Shown: positions 48,631 to 58,886, numbered from the stretch's first letter. The stretch: 64,000 bases of DNA from Minisyncoccia bacterium (GCA_041738235.1 JBGSQF010000018.1:1404-65403), one strand, 5' to 3'. Numbers and translations are program-made. The notes: generated by a model not told the origin, from the letters alone.

Positions 48631-49905
48631 ATGAAGATCTCTTTTGGTCTCGATTTCGGCACCACCAACTCGGTCCTGGCGATAGCACGGAGTAGCGGCG
48701 TAACAATCGCCGATATCAATCCGAACGGCCAGCCGACCAGTACGCTCAAGTCAGTCCTTTTTTTTGACGAAGAGGGAGGGGTTGATATCGGCCAAGAAGC
48801 CATTGAGCAATACATCTCTTACGGTGGTGCATATGGCCGATTCATGCAGTCCATCAAGGCCTTCCTGCCGAACAGGGGCTTTACCGAAACGTACGTCTAT
48901 AAGAAACGCTATGAGATTGAGGATCTCGTTGCGCTCATCCTGAAAGCGATCAAACACCGTGGCGAGCTCCAGGTCAGGCATGTCGTAGACACGGTATTTT
49001 TGGGACGCCCGGTAGTTTTTTCGGACGATCCAGAGCTTGACCTTCTTGCGGAAGAGCGGTTGCGAACGGCGGCTTTGCGTTCGGGGTTTACGAACGTGCA
49101 TTTTGTGTACGAGCCGATCGCGGCAACCCTTGCCTACGAATCCCGTCTCCCGGAGGGAAAGGAACGCCTAGTATTCATGGGGGATTTTGGAGGGGGCACA
49201 TCGGACTTTGTAGTCATGCGCCTTCGTGGCGGTAAACGTGACCCGAAAGAAAGCCGCGATAACGATATTCTAGCCACCGGCGGTGTGTACGTTGCGGGGG
49301 ATGCCTTTGATGCCTCCATTATGTGGCACAAGCTGACCAAGTATTTTGGAAAGGACGCCAAGACCCGCGGAATGTCGAATCAAATTCTCGATACCCCGAC
49401 TTGGATTTTCCGCACCTTGTGTCAATGGCATATGATCCCGCAGCTCCGCGATCGAAAAACGCTGAGCACGATCCGGTCGCTTATCGGGGTGACGGAGGAT
49501 GATCGGATGGCGCTGAGCAGGTTACAGGCGTTTATCGTCGAGAATCTCGGATACATGCTGTTCCGAGAGATCGAGCGGGCAAAGCGTGGACTTTCCGAAA
49601 GCGAGTCCGAAGCCATCGGCTTTTCCGAGAAGGATATCGAAATCTTGGAAGCCATTACGCGAGAGGAATTTGAGGAAATGGCGGACGATCGCTTCCGGGA
49701 GATAAGCGCTTGTGTGGACGAGACGCTGTCCAGATCTGGTGTCGGGTATGGAGACATCGATGCAGTACTTCTAACCGGAGGATCATCGTTCATCCCAAGA
49801 ATCAGAAGGATTTTCTCGGATAGATTTGGGGAGGAAAAAATCCTGCCCATAGACGCCTTCACGAGCGTGGCCTACGGTCTCGGTCTGAGCGCAATGAAGT
49901 ACTAA
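48631..49905 (+). CDS. Hsp70-family ATPase without substrate-binding domain (YegD-like)
   Basis: GLDFGTTNS, GRPVVF, YEPIAA, DFGGGTSD, LTGGSS. Confidence 0.88.
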   Translation: MKISFGLDFGTTNSVLAIARSSGVTIADINPNGQPTSTLKSVLFFDEEGGVDIGQEAIEQYISYGGAYGRFMQSIKAFLPNRGFTETYVYKKRYEIEDLVALILKAIKHRGELQVRHVVDTVFLGRPVVFSDDPELDLLAEERLRTAALRSGFTNVHFVYEPIAATLAYESRLPEGKERLVFMGDFGGGTSDFVVMRLRGGKRDPKESRDNDILATGGVYVAGDAFDASIMWHKLTKYFGKDAKTRGMSNQILDTPTWIFRTLCQWHMIPQLRDRKTLSTIRSLIGVTEDDRMALSRLQAFIVENLGYMLFREIERAKRGLSESESEAIGFSEKDIEILEAITREEFEEMADDRFREISACVDETLSRSGVGYGDIDAVLLTGGSSFIPRIRRIFSDRFGEEKILPIDAFTSVAYGLGLSAMKY

Positions 49906-50084
49906 ACCCATATTTCTGGGTTGGCCTCGGCAGTAATGCTTCCGAGGTTTCTTTTTTATATAGAGACATGTACTATTGAATTAATAAAATGAGAGAAAGA
50001 GACGATGGAGACAGTAGAAACTATGCAATGCATAGTTTCTTGTTTTCCTACATTACCCAAGCGTTCCGAACATCGTCCAGCATT

Positions 50085-50201
50085 CGGAGCCAAGAAAAAA
50101 CCACCTCCATTTTGGGGGTGGTTTTTCTTTGCTCTCCGTCGAGTAGGATGAGAAGTTTATACTCGGTAGCGTAGCGGACGGGTAAATCCTACCGCCGGAG
50201 C
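50085..50201 (+). repeat. 117-bp direct repeat, right copy (includes attR)
   Basis: Identical by eye to 30640-30756. Confidence 0.95.
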
Positions 50202-50296
50202 TAAGATAAAAGAGGCTAAGATAAACATCTTTTTTGTTACTCGCAATGGATGTTAGAACCTGATATAATGAATGAAAATTATTTTGTAGTTTTTTT

Positions 50297-50830
50297 ATGA
50301 ATCACATCCAAGATTGGGAGGAGCTCTCTCGAGAAACAATTTTTGAGAAGTACAGAAGAGGTATTGAGAAAGTTGTTTTTCGTCTTCCTGATAATTCCGA
50401 ACGAGATTTTTATCTCAAGAAGGAAGACAGTCCTATTTGTGTTTTTTCCTTGACTGAGAAAAATGAAGTCATTCTCGCCAAGCAGTACCGACCCGGCCCG
50501 AAGAAGGTGTTGCTGGAGCTTCCAGGTGGGGGAATAGAAAAAGGCGAAACTCCAGAAGATGCTATCACAAGGGAGCTCCTTGAAGAAACCGGCTATATAG
50601 GAAACGTTGAAAGAGTTACGCGTGCCTACGAATGCGGATACTCACCAATGCATCGATATTGCTTTGTGGCTACGAACTGTAAAAAGATTTCAGAACCGAG
50701 GCTTGATGACGGGGAGTTTATTGAAGTCATTTTGATGCCACTTCCCCAATTTCGTGAGCACCTTAGGAGCGGTGAACTGACAGATATTGAAGTCGGCTAT
50801 CTTGGTCTTGATTTCTTGGGATTACTTTGA
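50297..50830 (+). CDS. NUDIX hydrolase (ADP-ribose pyrophosphatase-like)
   Basis: QYRPG...ELPGGGIEKGETPEDAITRELLEETG. Confidence 0.9.
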   Translation: MNHIQDWEELSRETIFEKYRRGIEKVVFRLPDNSERDFYLKKEDSPICVFSLTEKNEVILAKQYRPGPKKVLLELPGGGIEKGETPEDAITRELLEETGYIGNVERVTRAYECGYSPMHRYCFVATNCKKISEPRLDDGEFIEVILMPLPQFREHLRSGELTDIEVGYLGLDFLGLL

Positions 50831-51028
50831 AATAGTGAAATGCGGGGTAGGGTAAACTTTACGCACCTTGTTCCAAGAACTGCTTTAATCCGAAGTAGTA
50901 GAACTTTGCGGTCTTATCTTCCTGTATAGAGGTTCTAATAGTGTTCAGCAGGCGGAGCATAGAGGGTCCTTGTCACTCAAAAGTTTTGAACACGTTAAGT
51001 GGGGAATTATAAACATTAATTATCTGTT

Positions 51029-51238
51029 ATGCAAAAGATCGCCACAAGAGTATTCATCTATGCGTCGCTTGCCTTCGGCGTAATAGGGGTTTTGGTTATT
51101 CTAACATCTCCTGGCCCCGGAGGAACAAGTTCCGATCTCAATACGTTTCTTGTGAAGACCCTCTTTGTGACTGTTTTTATCATACTCCCTTCATTTGCAT
51201 TGAGTGCTGCAGGAAAGTATCTCAATGGGAGGCTTTAG
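51029..51238 (+). CDS. Small two-TM membrane protein
   Basis: Two hydrophobic helices. Confidence 0.65.
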   Translation: MQKIATRVFIYASLAFGVIGVLVILTSPGPGGTSSDLNTFLVKTLFVTVFIILPSFALSAAGKYLNGRL

Positions 51239-51333
51239 TTTGTATTTCCTCGGAGAGTTTTTAAGAGGGATTCAATGTATGTGGTCAAAAAAATACCCGG
51301 ATCACCGGGTATTTTTGTTTTGTAGAATCAGCT

Positions 51334-51573
51334 TTAACGCACCGCCTTGACGATCGCGATCAGCACTACTGCTCCGAGTAGGGCCACTAAAAAACTGTAT
51401 AGATTGAATCCAGTGACTCCTCCTTGCCCGAAAAAATGCATGATCCACCCTCCTAACAGTGCACCTACGATACCTAAAATGATATCTAAGACCAGACCCT
51501 CATTGGTTCCCATCACTAACGAAGCGACCCAGCCAACGATTGCCCCAAAGACAACCCACAAAATAATTTCCAC
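51334..51573 (-). CDS. GlsB/YeaQ/YmgE (transglycosylase-associated) membrane protein
   Basis: GAIVGWVAS...IILGIVGALLGG...LVALLGAVVL. Confidence 0.88.
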   Translation of the reverse strand: MEIILWVVFGAIVGWVASLVMGTNEGLVLDIILGIVGALLGGWIMHFFGQGGVTGFNLYSFLVALLGAVVLIAIVKAVR

Positions 51574-51790
51574 ATTGGTATTTTTAAACAGTTAATCTCT
51601 ACTTGCTAGTACAGTGCGCAAAGGGGTAAATTTCAAATCAGTTGGTGATCTTTTTGAGAGCTAACAGGGTAAGTTTGTTCGGTAGGGTGTTGAAAATAGC
51701 GATCTAGTGAAAACCTATTCGGCTCTGTGTGAAATTCAGATCGTTTTGCTTGGTACTACTAAATACAAATAAGTAGTAACCATTTTTTGT

Positions 51791-52132
51791 ATGAAAAAGT
51801 ATCTCGCGGTTTTCGTAGCACCCATTGAAGCTTACGATAAAATGAAAGAGGAAATGCAGAGCAAGTCTTCAGAACAGAAGCAGCAGGAGATGGAGACTTG
51901 GATGCAGTGGATGCAGGCACACAAGGAGAGCATTGTTGATAACGGTGGTGGGGTTGGTAGTGCGAAACGTGTTACTGGGGGTGGTGAAGTTACTGACGTT
52001 CGGAATGAAATTGGTGGCTATATGATAGTTCAGGCAGAAAGCGCCGAGGGGGCAGCGGGAATTTTCAAGGACAGTCCTCACTTTGGTGTTACGGGTGGCG
52101 GTGTTGAGGTTATGGAGATAATGCAAATGTGA
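51791..52132 (+). CDS. YCII-related protein
   Basis: W..W...IVD.G...EIGGYMIVQAES..A..IFKDSPH...VEVMEI. Confidence 0.75.
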   Translation: MKKYLAVFVAPIEAYDKMKEEMQSKSSEQKQQEMETWMQWMQAHKESIVDNGGGVGSAKRVTGGGEVTDVRNEIGGYMIVQAESAEGAAGIFKDSPHFGVTGGGVEVMEIMQM

Positions 52133-52229
52133 GTGGTTGAGTGGTTTATTGAGTTTATTTAAATAAATTCACTGGGATGAACCCGTGCCTTTTGGTGTAC
52201 GTTTGAAACATAAAAAATAATTTTGAAAC

Positions 52230-52475
52230 ATGGATACGATCACAGGGCGTATAAACGCGACAGCATAAAAAATTCTTGAACAGCATCCAGTAGGTCTCCG
52301 CTGGTTAGAACTTCTTTCAAAGATCAAGGAGTCAGATCCAAGTTTTCATCCAAAAACGGTCAATGGGTGCGTATGGAAGTTGACTGAGAAGTTCTCAAAC
52401 AAGGTTTATAAACCATCCAAAGGACTTTTTCGTTTGTTAAAATATAGACAAAAAAATTCCGATAAAACACATTAA
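52230..52475 (+). pseudogene. Small wHTH-like protein with premature TAA at codon 13
   Basis: Manual translation MDTITGRINATA*KILEQHPVGLRWLELLSKIKESDPSFHPKTVNGCVWKL...YKPSKGLFRLLKY. Confidence 0.6.
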
Positions 52476-52610
52476 GGACACAGTGAATTTCAGATCGGAG
52501 GAGGTGAACAAAAAAAGTTAAAAATTTGATCTGTTTTTTATCAAATACGGTTCGGTATCCTATTTTGCGAAGGAACTTTTAAAAATGGCCATTGAGAGTC
52601 GTTTTTTAGT

Positions 52611-54203
52611 ATGATAGAATTGGGTTCAGTCATTCGTTTTATGTATCCTATGGATGAAAGAAACATTGGAGAGTACAAGGCTTTTTCTAAAGCAGCCAAG
52701 GACGTTGGATTTGACAAGGACGAAAGAAAATTAGGAGCAATGGATCCGGGGATCCTTTTAGAAGGTACGAGTGAGGAGTTAAAAAGACAGGTGGCCCCAG
52801 AGATGCTCACGTCCTTTTTAAAGTCTTTGCGGGGCGATAGTCATGCTGATCCAAGGCATATGTTGGAGGCTGGTAATTTTCTTTATAGTTGCAGATCAGA
52901 TCAGAGAGATCCGAGAAACAGGATCATTCTCAATGATAAAGAAAACCGCCTCGTCGGTCTCGCGTGTCATCTTGTTGAAAATGCTCTGTATGAAGGGAAA
53001 TTAGAAGATCTTACTCAAGAACAGGCGGCAGCTTTGGCTTTTACGGCAAATGTTTCTGCCAAGCTTATTGAGCAGGGGTCTATGCGATCAGAGGGTTGGT
53101 ATGATACAAAAAAGTTTAAAAAATTTGTGTCAGAGGTGAGAGAGTTTAAAAAGGAACAATTATCAGCCATGTTTCATACTGGCGATCAAGTCATGTCAGC
53201 TGGGGAGATCATTCAGGAATATGAGGGAAGGATAGTGGAAGAGTTGGGGGCCATAGAGGGCATCCTACAGTCTGTTGACTGGAATGATGAAATCTCCGGT
53301 CTAAGGATAAAAATTGACAAGGCTTTCAACACGATCCAAAGGTCCGAGTCTCCTTTGCGCTATACAATAGATGAGCTGAGGGAATTATTCGACGAGTGGA
53401 TGATCGATAGACCGAGAATTATCACGTATATGCAAACCGAGTTCAAGGCTGCTCAAGGATACGCAAGAGGAAACGATCGTCGTCCTCATGACTACAGAGA
53501 TTTTTCTACATTTCTTTGCTATTCTCGTGCGCAAAAACCATTTTCACAGGAGAGTGATAGATATTTTGGGGCTCTTAAACGGCTCAAAGCTGTTTATAGT
53601 GAGAAGCGGGATCTTGACAAAGCAAAAAATCCTAATAAGAAAAGGGAACCTCTAAAGGATTTTGCTTCTATGCGACAGGCTTTCGCAGAAAGCAGTTTGC
53701 CGGATGCTTTTGAAACATTAAAGCTTCTTTTTGAGTTAAAGGATCCTGGTCTTGGTTCAGTGGGCACGTTTATGTCCGGAATGAGAAAAGTATCTCGCAC
53801 AATATCTTCACGGGATTCTGTGAAGATGTATGATCGATCTTTTAGTGTCGCAGATCAGTCGTTGATGAGGAAGGAGAGTAGACCGGCCACTATCCCATAC
53901 TTTATTAAATCTTATTTGATCACCAGTGCTATTATGAAGCGTTGGAAGAACCATCCTTATGAGGGATTTACCAAACTTGCTCAGTTGGGACCTCATTCAC
54001 CCTATGGTGTTGAAACGGCAGGCAAAGTGGCTACTTTTAGTTTCTTGGAGAATAATGGAAACGGTGGGAGACGGGTGGGGTCCAGCTCCCCGTCCTACTC
54101 CGACCTCCATTACATAACGGAGGATATCCCTTTCGTTGTATGGGCGATGAAATATGTACAGTCAAAGGGTGCTCCTGAGAACAATGTGTGGGGTAAGGTC
54201 TAG
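52611..54203 (+). CDS. Hypothetical protein
   Basis: 530-aa ORF, no motif recognised. Confidence 0.7.
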   Translation: MIELGSVIRFMYPMDERNIGEYKAFSKAAKDVGFDKDERKLGAMDPGILLEGTSEELKRQVAPEMLTSFLKSLRGDSHADPRHMLEAGNFLYSCRSDQRDPRNRIILNDKENRLVGLACHLVENALYEGKLEDLTQEQAAALAFTANVSAKLIEQGSMRSEGWYDTKKFKKFVSEVREFKKEQLSAMFHTGDQVMSAGEIIQEYEGRIVEELGAIEGILQSVDWNDEISGLRIKIDKAFNTIQRSESPLRYTIDELRELFDEWMIDRPRIITYMQTEFKAAQGYARGNDRRPHDYRDFSTFLCYSRAQKPFSQESDRYFGALKRLKAVYSEKRDLDKAKNPNKKREPLKDFASMRQAFAESSLPDAFETLKLLFELKDPGLGSVGTFMSGMRKVSRTISSRDSVKMYDRSFSVADQSLMRKESRPATIPYFIKSYLITSAIMKRWKNHPYEGFTKLAQLGPHSPYGVETAGKVATFSFLENNGNGGRRVGSSSPSYSDLHYITEDIPFVVWAMKYVQSKGAPENNVWGKV

Positions 54204-54565
54204 TTAACTTAGTTACCCTCAGTATTTTTTGAAACGTCTTTTCCTTAACGATTTTTTCTGTTGTTGAGTAGTGAGCAGGGACTGGATAGGGAAATATGGT
54301 AGAAAGAGGAAATCGGGACCGTGGTCAAGTAACGGCCCATCGGCAGAGAGCCCATCTGCGTCATCGGTGGGTTTTCTGTTTTTTATATTTGACAGACGGT
54401 TCTCTGGTTCGTTGCTCCTAACTTATTTGTGGATGTTTTATATTGTGTTATAAAGTCTAATTTAAAAGACTTTTTGGAGTTTTTGTATACTTTTTGGAAT
54501 ATTCTCACGCGTGGGTCGTACTATAAACAGTTGGATATATACATGTTGATTTGTAGAACGAATAT

Positions 54566-55081
54566 ATGGAGAAAAAACAAGAAGATTCGATACAAAGTAC
54601 CGAGGCGGAGGGCGGGAATCGGAGAGTCGTCGTTGGTGTAGTTGTGGCTGTTGTGGTTCTCGGGGTGTTGTACGTGGTCTTCAGTCGTCCGTCTGGAGAG
54701 AAAATGATCTCAACTAACGCTCCGGCTTCAAATAATATTCCGTCTCAAACCGGACAGAAGTTTGTTGATCAGGACTATGCCAAGAGTGCCTATCTTATTT
54801 CCGGAGATATGTTGAGTACTGAGGCAAGGCAGGCGCTTGCTGGGTTTGACCTACAGAAAGAATCTTCGTCGGATGGAACGGTTATGTATACGTTAAAAGC
54901 GCTCAAGCCTGAATATCATGATCAGGTCTATATTTTAAAGCCTGGAGAGCAACTCTATTTCATTGAGAAGTTTTTAGGCGATGATGTAAATGAAGATGAA
55001 ACGAATATACGGGATGACACAGCGGCTGTTGTGGATGCTCAGGGGATGATAGTTGAGGCACCACGTGATTTTTCTCAGTAA
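54566..55081 (+). CDS. Hypothetical membrane-anchored exported protein
   Basis: N-terminal TM followed by a soluble domain. Confidence 0.7.
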   Translation: MEKKQEDSIQSTEAEGGNRRVVVGVVVAVVVLGVLYVVFSRPSGEKMISTNAPASNNIPSQTGQKFVDQDYAKSAYLISGDMLSTEARQALAGFDLQKESSSDGTVMYTLKALKPEYHDQVYILKPGEQLYFIEKFLGDDVNEDETNIRDDTAAVVDAQGMIVEAPRDFSQ

Positions 55082-55119
55082 AAGGTGTTTTATGGATTTC
55101 TTTTAAAATATACATACGA

Positions 55120-55207
55120 CCCTCCGTCGTTGTGAGGAAGCGAAGCAATCAGGTATGTAAGCCCATAGAGCGGTTGCCACGTCGCGTATCCTCGCAATGA
55201 CAGAGGG
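55120..55207. repeat. Degenerate REP-like palindromic element
   Basis: CCCTC.GTCGTTGTGAGGA...GAAGCAATC...GTTGCCACG...TCCTCGCAATGAC.GAGGG. Confidence 0.6.
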
Positions 55208-55319
55208 GCTTGGTGTGTATTTGTCTGGGATCTCAGTGGTAAATTTATTGGAGGGATCGGTTGTGGTGAGGCGAAGTGACCTCACTTTTTGTACTTTTAG
55301 AACGGTTTGCAATAGATAT

Positions 55320-56357
55320 CTATCGAAGATTCTTGCGGAAAAACTCAATACTTCGTTGCCAAGCCTTTCCTGAGTTATTGCCAATATTGTGGTCATCCCC
55401 GATATATTCGAAGTACTCAACGTTCTTTCCTGCTTTTTTGAGTTCTTCGTTGAGATGTTGAGAGAGTGTGATGGGCACGCTGGCATCTCCTGTGGCATGT
55501 TGGAGCTGGACGGGAGTGGTGATGCCTTCAAGGTATGAGTAGGGATCTAGTTGTCCCCAGAACTCCGGATTTTCTGTGGGTAGCCCATTTTCGCGAATGA
55601 GTGGAGTCTCTCTGATATTTTGTAGGAACGGTATCTGGTCGTTGTACGTTTCAAACATGTCCTTGTAGTTTCCGACCACACCGGCCCATAAGGATGCAGC
55701 TTTGATATCTGGAGAGATGACCAAAACGCGCAAGCCGATCTCCCCACCATTTGAGTGGCCCCAATAGCCAATCCTATTGGGGTCGACATCCGGGTATTTT
55801 TTAAGATAGGAGAGTGCGTACAAAGTATCTACGGTGTATTTTTCGGAAAAGTGTGCGCTCACCGCTTCACCCTCAGACTCTCCATGTCCACGAAGGTCGG
55901 GCTTAAATGTTATAAATCCGCTGCGTGCCAGAGTTGCTTGGTAAGTTGGATAGCTTCCAGTAGTTGAGTATTGTTTTGGCGGGATATATCCATGGATGAA
56001 GAGGATTGCTGGGTACCCACTTTCAGGTTTGGGTGTTAGAGGAATAGTTAAAAGACCATATATCTTGAGTCCCTCGGATCTGTAGGATACGCGATATTGT
56101 TGATAGTCTGTCCCATTGGGGAGTGTTTCTTCGATCGTGAAGGCATCTCCGGGATAGCTTCTTTGACGAAGTGACTCAATGGACATCGGAAATAATTCTG
56201 CTGTCTCTGATCCACTTTGTAAAGAGGAAACATCTTCTAGTTGGGGTGCGTTTTTTTCTGCAATGTTGTTGTCTTTTTGGATAGAATCATTCTTTATGAT
56301 GAGACCGACCCCGATCATGACTCCTACAATAAGTAAGGGTATTGTGATATTGTTCAT
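55320..56357 (-). CDS. Membrane-anchored alpha/beta hydrolase (S9 peptidase-like)
   Basis: HGYIP, PDLRGHG, GHSNGG nucleophile elbow, H.TGD..VP, GDDH. Confidence 0.88.
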   Translation of the reverse strand: MNNITIPLLIVGVMIGVGLIIKNDSIQKDNNIAEKNAPQLEDVSSLQSGSETAELFPMSIESLRQRSYPGDAFTIEETLPNGTDYQQYRVSYRSEGLKIYGLLTIPLTPKPESGYPAILFIHGYIPPKQYSTTGSYPTYQATLARSGFITFKPDLRGHGESEGEAVSAHFSEKYTVDTLYALSYLKKYPDVDPNRIGYWGHSNGGEIGLRVLVISPDIKAASLWAGVVGNYKDMFETYNDQIPFLQNIRETPLIRENGLPTENPEFWGQLDPYSYLEGITTPVQLQHATGDASVPITLSQHLNEELKKAGKNVEYFEYIGDDHNIGNNSGKAWQRSIEFFRKNLR

Positions 56358-56506
56358 ATTAAATAGAAAGACAAATGTAGTTATACTACTCTTTCAGCGG
56401 ATAAAAGTTGCATCATATCTAAATATGGGGTTGGTCTTGGTATACATAGGTGATTTTGGGCTATAATAGCGATAAGGGTATCTTTTGAAGATAAATCCAA
56501 TGCTTT

Positions 56507-58837
56507 ATGGAGAAAAATAAAGGACTCACGCAACAAGAGGTTGAAAAAATTCAGAAAGAATTTGGTTTTAATGAGATCCAAGAAAAAAAACCAGGTTTTA
56601 TTATAAAATTTATAAAATGGTTTGTCTCGCCGATCGCACTTATGCTTTTGGCCGCCGCGATCTTATCATTTTTTATCGACAAGACGTTTGATTTTTATTT
56701 TATTCTTGTCTTAATGTTGATCAACTTTTTTGTTGGTTTTTGGCAAGAAAAGAAGGCTGATAATGCCATTGCCAAACTAAGTCAGAAACTGGCCGTTGAG
56801 GTGAAGGTTTTTCGAGATGGAGATTGGAGGTGGCTCAATGCAAAATACTTGGTGGTTGGAGATGTTATCGAGTTGAATTTGGGAGACATCATACCGGCCG
56901 ATACAAAAATATTGGAACAGAAGAATTTGAGTGTGAATGAAGCTGCGCTTACGGGTGAATCCTTACCGAAGGAAAAAACAGAGGGAGATACCTGTTTTTC
57001 TGGATCATTTGTTTCTTTGGGTTGGGCGCGAGCTGAGGTTTCGGCGATAGGAAAAAATACCTATTTTGCGAACATCTTGGTCTCCATTGATAAAACATAT
57101 AAACGGAGTTTATTGGAAAAAGACATCCTGAGTATATCCAAATGGCTAACAGTATTGAGTTTGGGGGCGGCGGTTATTCTCACTTTGGTATTTTTGTTTC
57201 AGGGCAGGCCGCTCTTGGAGATACTAACGCTCGACTTGAGTCTCTTTATCGCCGGGATCCCGATAAGTTTGCCGACGGTCATGACGCTTATTATTAGTTT
57301 TGGTGTAGTTGGGCTTGCCAAGAAAAAAACGATCGTACGACGACTCTCAGCACTTGAAGATCTCGCTAATGTTAATCTGCTACTAAGTGATAAAACGGGA
57401 ACGCTGACAAAGAATGAGATCGTGGTTGAGAAAATAATTTCTTATGGAAAATTTTCGGAGGATGATACGCTTATCTTCGCATCGTTTACTACGCGTGAAA
57501 ATGATCGCAATCCGATCAGTATAGCGATCAGAAAAAAAATAGTAGCGTTGCAATTAAGTGTCGAACACCAGATACTTGATTTTTCTCCATTTGATTCGGA
57601 ACGGAAGAGAAGCAGTGCAAAAGTTATATTTCGAGACAAGCATCTATCGGTGAGAGCCGGGGCAGCCCAGATTATACAAACTTTCTGTGATATGGACGAA
57701 AACATATCTTACAAATTTCAGCAAGATGTTTTGGAGGCTGCGCAAAAAGGATATCGGACGATTGCTATTTCAGTTAAAGATTATGCGGGCGGTAAAAAAG
57801 AAATGGAGCTTTGTGGGCTACTGCTTTTCTCTGATTCGTTGGAAAAGGGGGCGAAGAGGACTATTCAATTCATTAGGGATAACGGGATAAAGATAAAGAT
57901 GTTGACGGGGGACAATAGAGCGATTGCAGAGCGAATCTCCAAAGAACTTGATCTTCAGGGGAAAACGGTTAATCAAAAGAGTTTGGCGAAGAGCTTTGAA
58001 GATATGACGGAGGAGGAGTTTGAGAGCGTTGGTGTTTTTGCGGAAATTCTTCCTGAAGATAAATACCATTTGGTTAAGATCGCGCAGAAGAAGTATGTTG
58101 TTGCGGTGACAGGCGATGGCGTAAATGACCTACCTGCGCTTAAGGCGGCTGATGTCAGTATTGCGGTAAAAAATGCAGTTGATGCTCTCAAAAGTGCAGC
58201 GGACCTTAATCTTTTGGGCAGTGGGATCTCGGTTATCCGTGATGCGATCATAGAGTCGAGAAAGATCTTTGCAAGGTTGTATTCTTATTCTATTTACCGT
58301 ATTTCTGAGAGTTATCGCGTAGTTCTTACTATTGCTGTTTTAGGTCTTATATATGGAACATATCCGCTTCAACCGATCCAGCTTATCTTGTTGGCGCTTC
58401 TCAATGACATTCCCATTATTTCCTTGGCTTTCAATAGGGTGAAGATCGCTACCAGACCATCCAAAATAAACGCGAAGGACAGATTAATGTTGAGCACACT
58501 ATTTGGCTCTGTCGGGCTCCTTAATAGTTTTTTGTTTATAGTTATTTTGAGGAATATCTTGCACATGGACTGGCAGCCGATCCAAACACTTTTTTTCCTA
58601 AAATTGACTGTTTCTGGTCACATGCTTATTTATGTAGCACACACCAAGCAACATTGGTATAAATATCTTCCAAGTCGTTCGGTTATGGTGGCAACATTTG
58701 CAACGCAAATAGTGGCAACTGTTTTTGCAGTGGCGGGGATCTTTATGCCGCGTGTTTCGATCGTGTTGGTCATTTTTGTTTGGTTTTGGGCGATCTTATG
58801 GATGCAAGTCTCAGAACTCATGAAAAAATATAGGTAA
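56507..58837 (+). CDS. P-type (P3A-like) proton-exporting ATPase
   Basis: TGES, DKTGTLT, MLTGDN, GDGVNDLPALK; YRISE and LLNDIP as in P3A H+ pumps. Confidence 0.85.
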   Translation: MEKNKGLTQQEVEKIQKEFGFNEIQEKKPGFIIKFIKWFVSPIALMLLAAAILSFFIDKTFDFYFILVLMLINFFVGFWQEKKADNAIAKLSQKLAVEVKVFRDGDWRWLNAKYLVVGDVIELNLGDIIPADTKILEQKNLSVNEAALTGESLPKEKTEGDTCFSGSFVSLGWARAEVSAIGKNTYFANILVSIDKTYKRSLLEKDILSISKWLTVLSLGAAVILTLVFLFQGRPLLEILTLDLSLFIAGIPISLPTVMTLIISFGVVGLAKKKTIVRRLSALEDLANVNLLLSDKTGTLTKNEIVVEKIISYGKFSEDDTLIFASFTTRENDRNPISIAIRKKIVALQLSVEHQILDFSPFDSERKRSSAKVIFRDKHLSVRAGAAQIIQTFCDMDENISYKFQQDVLEAAQKGYRTIAISVKDYAGGKKEMELCGLLLFSDSLEKGAKRTIQFIRDNGIKIKMLTGDNRAIAERISKELDLQGKTVNQKSLAKSFEDMTEEEFESVGVFAEILPEDKYHLVKIAQKKYVVAVTGDGVNDLPALKAADVSIAVKNAVDALKSAADLNLLGSGISVIRDAIIESRKIFARLYSYSIYRISESYRVVLTIAVLGLIYGTYPLQPIQLILLALLNDIPIISLAFNRVKIATRPSKINAKDRLMLSTLFGSVGLLNSFLFIVILRNILHMDWQPIQTLFFLKLTVSGHMLIYVAHTKQHWYKYLPSRSVMVATFATQIVATVFAVAGIFMPRVSIVLVIFVWFWAILWMQVSELMKKYR

Positions 58838-58886
58838 CCTCGAATATTATTGGTATAATGTAACTAGGCCTAGTTCATATCTCTTT

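Larger units (their letters stand above)
30751..50090. mobile_element. ~19.3-kb integrative element (serine-recombinase genomic island) next to tRNA-Asn
   Basis: CGGAGC core at both junctions; recombinase at the left end; primase-helicase, excisionase-like HTH, R-M cargo. Confidence 0.9.

Noticed and set aside
49989-50174. 61-aa ORF spanning attR
   Set aside because: Crosses the recombination junction and the terminator repeat; probably spurious
30640-50201. CRISPR array or IS terminal repeats
   Set aside because: Only two long direct copies 19 kb apart; no spacer periodicity, cas genes or transposase
25466-52268. Stop-codon reassignment suggested by two in-frame TAA interruptions
   Set aside because: Conserved genes (pyk, dnaG, rpoD, mod) end normally at TAA; code 11 fits
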